NCBI GenBank assembly: GCA_030606485.1
Contig: JAUWGH010000001.1
Span: 120,001-152,000, forward strand
Length of the DNA: 32,000 bases
Source: Promethearchaeota archaeon
GTDB taxonomy: Archaea > Asgardarchaeota > Lokiarchaeia > Sigyniarchaeales > SOKP01
Direction of reading: 5' to 3'
Shown piece by piece: positions 25,783-32,000 of the stretch. The notes under the pieces were generated by a model. It had not been told where the DNA came from and did no database searches. It saw nothing but the letters and a program-made list of their open reading frames with translations. Each line of letters opens with the position of its first letter. The stretch's first letter is position 1. Made by a program: the position numbers and the translations under genes.

Positions 25783-26481
25783 ATGTCAAAAGAAAAAAAT
25801 ACAATAGATATTATAGATGGAACTCTTGAAGCCGTTAAAAACATTTTTACCCAATTTTCAGATGTATTGAAAACAGCGAAAAATGAATTAATAACTCTTG
25901 AAAAGGACAAATCTCTATTAAGCAATGATAAACAGCAATTAGAAGGGGAAAAGGATCAATTAGAAGAAGAAAAAATCAAATTAGAATCTGTAAAAAATAA
26001 ATTAGAGCAAGACAAAAACCAATTAGAACAAGATAAAAAGAAATTAGAAGAAGAGACAAAAAAATTAGAAAAAGAAAAACAAGAAAGAGATCAAAAAATC
26101 GGTACTCTCACAGAAGAACAAATGAAATTATTGGATGAATATGAAAAATTAAAAGTTGAATTAAAAAAATTTGCAAAAATAGCTGAAGAACAAGAAGAAG
26201 CTGAGTATAATTTTGATAGAATTAAAGCCTTACTGTCTATCTATAGGGTGTTATTAGAAGAAATATGGCAGGGCCAACCCCATTTCCGAATTCTATTGAC
26301 ACTTCACGGTGATAAAGAAGAGATGTCCCGAGAAGAAATTAAAACAACTACAGGAATATCAGGAGCTATGGTTTTGAGAGCTATACATGAATTAGCAAAG
26401 GTTCATCTATTAGAATATGATGAAGATAAGGGTATGGTTAAATTAAAAAAAAGAATGTTTGAAAAAAAATCAATTATTTAG
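25783..26481 (+). CDS. Coiled-coil protein with a C-terminal winged helix-turn-helix
   Basis: Heptad array followed by FRILLTLHGDKEEMSREEIKTTTGISGAMVLRAIHELAKVHLLEYDEDKGMVKL (wHTH pattern). ATG25783 is preferred over TTG25774. Confidence 0.8.
   Translation: MSKEKNTIDIIDGTLEAVKNIFTQFSDVLKTAKNELITLEKDKSLLSNDKQQLEGEKDQLEEEKIKLESVKNKLEQDKNQLEQDKKKLEEETKKLEKEKQERDQKIGTLTEEQMKLLDEYEKLKVELKKFAKIAEEQEEAEYNFDRIKALLSIYRVLLEEIWQGQPHFRILLTLHGDKEEMSREEIKTTTGISGAMVLRAIHELAKVHLLEYDEDKGMVKLKKRMFEKKSII
25897..26085 (+). repeat. Degenerate 21-bp coding tandem repeat (nine LExxKxx heptads)
   Basis: TTAGAA/TTAGAG recurs at 25939, 25960, 25981, 26002, 26023, 26044 and 26065; Leu codons also fall in register at 25897 and 25918. 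Confidence 0.9.
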
Positions 26482-27664
26482 TATTAGCTATTTCTCTGCC
26501 GAATTCTACGCATTTTTCCAAACTTTCATCATCAGGGTTCCACAAAGCACGTATACCGTCATTAATTACAGAAAAACCGCTCTTTTCTAAATGTTCCTTT
26601 ATAACCTTTATTGATTCTCCACTCCATCCATAACAGCCGAATGACGCTGCTTTCTTGTTTTTAAAACGCATTCCTTTAATCATCTCCAAAATTTCGGCAA
26701 CACCAGATAGAATTCCTCCACCAATAGTAGGTGATCCTACAAGAATAATCCTAGATTTAAAGATCTCTGTAATTAGGTCGTTTTTATCGGTTTTTGCTAT
26801 ATTATACAATTTAACATTAACTTCCTTATCAATTTCACGAATTCCTTTTGTAATTGCTTCGGCCATTCTTTTTGTTCCATTCCACATTGTACCGTATAAT
26901 ATTGTAATTTGGTTTTCTTGGTAATCGTTAGCCCAAGTTAAATATTTTTCTACGATTTGAGTTGGATTGTCTCTCCAAATAACTCCATGACTTGTTGCAA
27001 TAATATCAATAGGGATTTTAAGATCTAAGACCTCTTTTATTTTTTTATCAACAAACGCACTGAAAGGCGTGAGAATATTAGCATAATATTTTATGCATTC
27101 CGCATAAAGTTCATTTTGATCAACAAGATCATTATACATAAATTCATTGGCGTAATGTTGACCAAAAGCATCGTTGCTGAATAATATATTATCTTTGGTC
27201 AAATAACATGCCATACTATCAGGCCAATGAAGCATCCTCATTTCTACAAAGATTAATTGTTTACCATTTCCTAGATCTAACGTATCCCCCGTTTTTACTA
27301 CTTGAAAATTCCAATCTTTATGATAGTGTCCCCTTATTGACTTTACGCCATTTGCAGTACAATATATTGGCGTCTCTGGTATTTTTTCCATGAGTTCCGG
27401 AAGTGCTCCGCTATGATCAATCTCCGCATGATTTGTAATAACGTAATCAATTTTATTTAAGTCAACTTCTTTAGATAGATTCTCAACAAATTCTTTCGAA
27501 AATGGCTTCCAAACAGTATCAATTAGTACAATTTTTTCTTCCTTAATTAAGTAGGAATTGTAAGTAGAACCACGATTCGTGGAATATTCGTTTCCATGGA
27601 ATTTTCTGAGTTCCCAATCTATTTTACCGACCCAATAAACATTATTTTTTATTTTAAAGCTCAT
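26474..27664 (-). CDS. fprA: Flavodiiron protein (FprA/NorV-like, MBL plus flavodoxin domains, class A)
   Basis: GSTYNSYLI, diiron ligands NHAEIDH, LHWPD, SNDAFG and SHG; flavodoxin YGTMWNGT, GSPT, FGCYGWSGE. ATG27664 is chosen because GGGTGA (27670-27675) precedes it. Confidence 0.92.
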   Translation of the reverse strand: MSFKIKNNVYWVGKIDWELRKFHGNEYSTNRGSTYNSYLIKEEKIVLIDTVWKPFSKEFVENLSKEVDLNKIDYVITNHAEIDHSGALPELMEKIPETPIYCTANGVKSIRGHYHKDWNFQVVKTGDTLDLGNGKQLIFVEMRMLHWPDSMACYLTKDNILFSNDAFGQHYANEFMYNDLVDQNELYAECIKYYANILTPFSAFVDKKIKEVLDLKIPIDIIATSHGVIWRDNPTQIVEKYLTWANDYQENQITILYGTMWNGTKRMAEAITKGIREIDKEVNVKLYNIAKTDKNDLITEIFKSRIILVGSPTIGGGILSGVAEILEMIKGMRFKNKKAASFGCYGWSGESIKVIKEHLEKSGFSVINDGIRALWNPDDESLEKCVEFGREIANTK

Positions 27665-27669
27665 ATACA

Positions 27670-27675
27670 TCACCC
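27670..27675 (-). promoter_or_regulatory. Shine-Dalgarno-like GGGTGA upstream of fprA
   Basis: tcaccc on the plus strand, 5 nt upstream of ATG27664. Confidence 0.5.
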
Positions 27676-27987
27676 AAATAATTTATTATTAATTTAATTA
27701 ACGAAATTTTTCTTCCTTTAATAATAACGTTTCTCTAAAATATTAGCGATTTTAGTTAGAAACGATCTTTTATATTCTTTTTTCTAAAAAAATTGAAAAT
27801 GGGTTATTAATTAATATGAAAAAATAATTGTCATAATATCTTCGTGTTAAATTAAAAAAAACAATGTTTGAAAAAAAAACCTTAAAAGAAAAAAATAGAT
27901 TATAATATTCTTTATCTTAAAAATCATAAAATTAAAAAAAATTGCTTTTTTATTTCTATTAGTAATAAATTAAAAAGGATATTCTAA

Positions 27988-28389
27988 ATGAGTAAAAAGT
28001 CAAAAGAAGAAAAATGGGCTATCGCTCACATATTAAGTTCCTACAACAATACTATTATTACAGTTACCGATTTATCAGGTGCTGAGACATTTGCAAAATG
28101 TTCTGGAGGGATGGTAGTTAAAACTTCAAGGGAGGAGAGTTCTCCGTATAGTGCTATGCAATCGGGTTTTAGAGTTTCCCGAGAGTTAAGGGATAAAGGT
28201 ATTTATGGGGTTCATATTAAAGTTCGTGGACCTGGAGGACATAAAGCCCAAACACCTGGACCCGGAGCTCAAGCTGCTATTCGTGCATTGGCACGGGCTG
28301 GTTTAAGAATTGGCAGAATAGAAGAAGTCACACCAAAGTCCCATGATGGAAGTAGAAGAAAAGGAGGGCATAGAGGAAGGCGTGTATAG
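27988..28389 (+). CDS. rps11: 30S ribosomal protein S11 (uS11)
   Basis: [47 protein letters not shown]-terminal GGHRGRRV. Confidence 0.96.
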   Translation: MSKKSKEEKWAIAHILSSYNNTIITVTDLSGAETFAKCSGGMVVKTSREESSPYSAMQSGFRVSRELRDKGIYGVHIKVRGPGGHKAQTPGPGAQAAIRALARAGLRIGRIEEVTPKSHDGSRRKGGHRGRRV

Positions 28390-28510
28390 CCATCTCCTCT
28401 ACGTTTTAAACACCAAGATCTAATTTTATTTCTTAAATGAGGAAATATCTTATTTTTTATATTTTTTATATTAAATACCAATTTAAAAATTAAAGTGGTT
28501 TATTGTTATT

Positions 28511-29770
28511 ATGATTCTTTCGGAAGAAATCCAAAATTTTTTATTAGATAATGCGTTGGAGCGATTTCTAAGATACGTAAAAATTTGGACTACATCAGAT
28601 GAGAATACAGAAATTATACCATCTACTCAAGGGCAAATAGAATTTGGTAAATTATTAAAAGAAGAATTAAAAAATCTAAATTTGGTGAATATTATTCAGG
28701 ATGAGTTTGGATATATTTATGCAAACTTACCTCCAAGCCAAGGATTTGAAAATGTAAAAAAAATTGCTTTTATTGCACATCTGGATACCTCTCCTGCTGT
28801 AAGTGGTAAAGATGTAAAACCTGTGATTCATAAAAATTACAATGGAACTGTAATAAAATTTTCTCAAGATAATGATTTGGAATTAAACATCAGTGATTCT
28901 CCGCAATTAGAAAAATACATTGGACTTGATATAATTACATCCCAAGGAGATACGTTATTAGGTGCTGATGATAAAGCTGGTATTGCTGAAATTATGGCAG
29001 CATGTGCTGCTTGGGATAAATTTCCTGAATTAAAACACGGACCTATTGTAGTTTGTTTTTTTCCAGATGAGGAACTTGGAAGAGGAACAAAAAAAGTAAA
29101 TATTGAAAAATTACCGAAAATCTGTTATACGTTAGATGGTTCTGAGATGGGAGAATTAGAAATTGAATGTTTTGATGCATGGAAAGCCATTATAAAATTT
29201 AAAGGATTGAGTGTTCATCCAGGATATGCTAAAAATTTAATGATTAATGCTGTTCAGATAGCTTGTCGATTTTTAAGCGGAATACCTGAAGCAGAATCTC
29301 CCGAACATACTGAGCAGAGGGAAGGGTATTATCATCTATCCAATTTAAAAGGAAAAGAAGAAAAAGCAATTGCAACTTTAATTATAAGAGATTTTGAAAT
29401 AAAGAACAACAAAAAGCGGATGGATTATATCACAAGTCTGAAAAATGTCTATGAAATTCGGTATCCTGGCTTGAAGATTGAACTAAACTATGAACATCAA
29501 TACGAGAATATGTGTAATTACTTAAAGAAAGAACAAAAAATTATAGATTTAGCTGAGAAGGCGATGGAGTTGGCAGGAATAGAAGTAAACATTCATTCAA
29601 TTAGAGGTGGGACGGATGGTTCTCATTTGAGTGCTATGGGTATTCCAACTCCCAATATCTTTACTGGGGGTTTATTATTTCATTCTAAAAAAGAATTTAT
29701 TCCAACTTTAGCCTTACAAAAAGCTGCTGAAGTTGTAATTCATTTGGCAGAATTATTTACAAAGGAATAG
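28511..29770 (+). CDS. pepT: Peptidase T (M20B tripeptide aminopeptidase)
   Basis: ERFLRYVKI, AHLDTS, LLGADDKAG, PDEE.G.G, YTLDG, SIRGGTDG, PTPNIFTGG, FHSKKEF. Confidence 0.94.
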   Translation: MILSEEIQNFLLDNALERFLRYVKIWTTSDENTEIIPSTQGQIEFGKLLKEELKNLNLVNIIQDEFGYIYANLPPSQGFENVKKIAFIAHLDTSPAVSGKDVKPVIHKNYNGTVIKFSQDNDLELNISDSPQLEKYIGLDIITSQGDTLLGADDKAGIAEIMAACAAWDKFPELKHGPIVVCFFPDEELGRGTKKVNIEKLPKICYTLDGSEMGELEIECFDAWKAIIKFKGLSVHPGYAKNLMINAVQIACRFLSGIPEAESPEHTEQREGYYHLSNLKGKEEKAIATLIIRDFEIKNNKKRMDYITSLKNVYEIRYPGLKIELNYEHQYENMCNYLKKEQKIIDLAEKAMELAGIEVNIHSIRGGTDGSHLSAMGIPTPNIFTGGLLFHSKKEFIPTLALQKAAEVVIHLAELFTKE

Positions 29771-29960
29771 AAATTTAATTTTTATTTTTTCTTTTTATTA
29801 TATTAACGTTAAAATATTTTAACTTAACATATTTGTAATATTACTTAGAAAAAATAAAGAAATTAGAAGAAGAAATAGATTAAATCCCCGATTTCTACTT
29901 CAGATATTTCTTTTTTTTAAATTGCTTATTTTATTAACTTCTTTTTCATTACTTTTTTAA

Positions 29961-30227
29961 TTAAAAAGAACGAGAATATCCTCCTCTCGATCTATGTTGC
30001 ACAGGTGCTTTTTCAGTTATTACAACATCAATGGCTTGTGGACCCTTTTGTCCCTCTTCAATTGTGAACTCTACTTTATCTCCTTCATTTAATGTTTTAA
30101 ATCTATTTTCTTCAGCTGAAATCGCAGTATAATGAACAAATACATCCTTTTCCTCCCCCTCATCTTCAAAAGTAATAAAACCATAGCCTTTTCGGCTATT
30201 AAACCACTTTACAGTTCCATTTACCAT
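29961..30227 (-). CDS. Cold-shock domain protein with a short basic Arg/Gly/Ser tail
   Basis: GTVKWFN, RNP1 KGYGFI, RNP2 VFVHY, GDKVEF, GQKGPQA. ATG30227 is preferred over TTG30239. Confidence 0.94.
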   Translation of the reverse strand: MVNGTVKWFNSRKGYGFITFEDEGEEKDVFVHYTAISAEENRFKTLNEGDKVEFTIEEGQKGPQAIDVVITEKAPVQHRSRGGYSRSF

Positions 30228-30413
30228 TCTTAAAACCAAATATTAAATCTACTAACATTGTTCAAATTGAAACAATTAATTATTTGATGAACTTAGTAAT
30301 ATTAAATTCTTTGTTATTTTAATAAATTAGATTAATGCATTATCTATTTTTTTTTTGGAAAAGAAATTTTAAAAATGAGTAGAATATTTAAAATTAGAAG
30401 TATCATAAAATTT

Positions 30414-30929
30414 TTACTGTTCACTTACTGGTTGTTCTTCTCTTCCATAAAATGAACTAGAACTTACAAATTTAAGTGTATCTTCTTCATCTTTTTTTAA
30501 AATATATGAAGGTGAATCAATTCTTTTGCCATTGACTTCAATATGCCTATGTGTTATGAATTGCCTTGCTTGATAAATTGAATTAGCAAGACCTTTTTTA
30601 AATACTAAAGTTTGAAGTCTTCTGTTTAAAATATCTTCAACAGTCATAAGTAAAAGATCTTCAAATTCAGCATTTTTCTCGATAATTCCCAAACGAATCA
30701 GTTTATCCATTAAAACCCTTAATTCTTTTTTTTGTCTTTCTGGTGGAAGAGTTCTTATTTTTCTGGCAGTTCTTCTATAATTCCCTAATTGCGTTCGATG
30801 TTTCCAAAATTCTCTTTTATTTCGGAGTCCATATTCTCCTAAATATCTTAATTCTTCTTCAATTCTTTGTTTTTGGAAGGGATGACTGGGCTTCTTATAT
30901 TTTTTCTTTAATCTTCTTGGATCTCCCAT
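30414..30929 (-). CDS. rps4: 30S ribosomal protein S4 (uS4), archaeal type
   Basis: MGDPRR..KKYKKPSHPF, YGLRNKRE, ILNRRLQT, ARQFITHRHI. Confidence 0.96.
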   Translation of the reverse strand: MGDPRRLKKKYKKPSHPFQKQRIEEELRYLGEYGLRNKREFWKHRTQLGNYRRTARKIRTLPPERQKKELRVLMDKLIRLGIIEKNAEFEDLLLMTVEDILNRRLQTLVFKKGLANSIYQARQFITHRHIEVNGKRIDSPSYILKKDEEDTLKFVSSSSFYGREEQPVSEQ

Positions 30930-30946
30930 TTATTTTCACTTTATTA

Positions 30947-31441
30947 TTAATATTTCTTTTCTAATTGTCGGCGAATTTTTTTTCGGATTACTCCCACGAC
31001 AAGACCCTTACGACCTGTAGAGCGTGTTCTCTGCCCTCTAACCTTCAGACCGAACCCATGCCTATAGCCTTTCCAAGATCTAAGTCTTCGCATTCTTTCA
31101 ATATCTCTTTTAACAGTTAATTCCAAACGAGGTCCTGTTATATGGAGATATTCACCAGTTCTTAAGTCTTTCTGTCTATTAACCATCCAATTGGGAATCC
31201 CATTTTTTATGGGGTCCTCAATTATTTCTTCGATTCTTTTAATATCTTTTTCAGAAATCAATCCTATTCTTATTGTTGGATCTATATTTGCAATTCTTAA
31301 GACTGCTTGCGAAAATCTTAGTCCAACACCTTTAATTTTCACTAATCCAAATCGGATCGGCAATGTACCATCTATATTAGTACGTAGTATTCTAATAATC
31401 TCTTTGAAAGTTTTTTGCTTTATTATAGTTTCTTGTGCCAT
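30947..31441 (-). CDS. rps13: 30S ribosomal protein S13 (uS13), archaeal type
   Basis: IIRILRTNIDG, IKGVG, PNWMVNRQKD, SWKGYRH..GLKVRGQRTRSTGRKG. Confidence 0.96.
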   Translation of the reverse strand: MAQETIIKQKTFKEIIRILRTNIDGTLPIRFGLVKIKGVGLRFSQAVLRIANIDPTIRIGLISEKDIKRIEEIIEDPIKNGIPNWMVNRQKDLRTGEYLHITGPRLELTVKRDIERMRRLRSWKGYRHGFGLKVRGQRTRSTGRKGLVVGVIRKKIRRQLEKKY

Positions 31442-31711
31442 TATATTATTAAATATAATAAGGAGATAATTATTAATTTTATGATTAAAAAAAAATACGC
31501 TAAATATTCTACTGTTTTAACTCTGAATAAAAAATTTTAATTTCTACAAATTAAAAATAATTATAAAATATTGCATATTCCTATACAAGGTAAATAAACT
31601 TTAAAGTATTAATGATTCAGCCATCTATTAACCAATACTTTATTAAATTATTTAGGAATGATAATTTTCGTTGAAAAATTGATTGAGTTTTAAATAAAGA
31701 CGATTTTTAAA

Positions 31712-32000
31712 ATGAAAACAAAAAGTAACATTTCAATGGGAACGAGTATAAATATTGAGCATAAAGGCATTGAAGAAATGTCTGAGTTGTTAAAATCCTC
31801 TTACTATTGTTATGATTGTAATCGTTGTATTAATATATGCCCTCTCTCTCCATTTGGATTGTTTTATCCAAGGCAATTAGTTAGAGATTTCTCTACTTAC
31901 TCAGTTGAAGTGGCAATTAATAACTCAAATATTTGGAGTTGTTTAACTTGTGGACTTTGTTCAGAATACTGTCCAATGTCTAAAGATAACGTTGGTGTTA
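31712..32000 (+). CDS. Heterodisulfide-reductase C/D-like 2x[4Fe-4S] protein, 3'-truncated (absent from the ORF track)
   Basis: Manual translation from ATG31712: ...CYDCNRCINICP...PRQLV...IWSCLTCGLCSEYCP..., giving two CxxCxxCxxxCP motifs and the HdrC-like IWxCxTC. The frame is open to the window end. Confidence 0.85.
   Translation, partial: MKTKSNISMGTSINIEHKGIEEMSELLKSSYYCYDCNRCINICPLSPFGLFYPRQLVRDFSTYSVEVAINNSNIWSCLTCGLCSEYCPMSKDNVGV

Noticed and set aside
25897-26085. Periodic repeat considered as a CRISPR array
   Set aside because: The period is 21 nt, in frame within a CDS and degenerate, with no repeat-spacer structure and no cas genes.
27674-27987. Long intergenic regions (also 14160-14501, 23027-23319, 25520-25782, 31442-31711) examined for tRNA, ncRNA or small ORFs
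   Set aside because: They are extremely AT-rich, with no GC-paired stems, T-loop (GTTCRA) motif or credible ORF, and are consistent with divergent promoter regions.
3970-31469. About 22 short (61-92 aa) ORFs in the track that overlap longer genes, e.g. 3970..4170, 4422..4616, 5407..5598, 7816..8076, 11103..11291, 13780..14046, 17611..17850, 21779..22033, 25695..25925, 26655..26924, 28269..28481, 30743..30964, 31191..31469
   Set aside because: They are antisense or alternate-frame shadows of well-supported genes, with no motifs and the Ile/Phe/Ser-rich composition expected from reverse-complemented AT-rich codons.
3698-32000. Methanogenesis inferred from mch, mtxX and an hdr-like gene
   Set aside because: There are no mcr or mtr genes in the window; Mch and Hdr-like proteins also serve H4MPT-dependent Wood-Ljungdahl metabolism in non-methanogens.

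Overview
Very AT-rich archaeal DNA with compact, mostly housekeeping gene content. The combination of archaeal-type uS4/uS11/uS13 and GluRS, Mch, an MtxX-like protein and a Rag/Gtr1-like GTPase fused to a roadblock-like domain points to an Asgard archaeon, probably Lokiarchaeia. That assignment is an inference from gene content, not a database result. About 33 CDSs are supported, with purF cut at the left edge and an Hdr-like Fe-S gene cut at the right edge. I found no tRNA, rRNA, CRISPR array or transposase. Most notable observations: (i) two genes, the Rag-like GTPase and a PP-loop/CxxC protein, have their essential N-terminal nucleotide-binding motif upstream of any in-frame ATG/GTG/TTG, and for the GTPase an ATG sits one base out of frame behind an A6 run; (ii) a Cys4 zinc ribbon is inserted in the active-site loop of MTA phosphorylase; (iii) a divergent pair of uncharacterised coiled-coil proteins, one with nine exact heptads plus a C-terminal winged helix, the other with a disordered region carrying repeated P-K-I-x-[IHP]-V-like motifs; (iv) the S13-S4-S11-rpoD operon is broken, with uS11 inverted and bacterial-type genes interleaved; (v) a CdrS-like RHH module lacks an adjacent ftsZ. 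All family calls come from motif recognition by eye and need HMM/BLAST confirmation.
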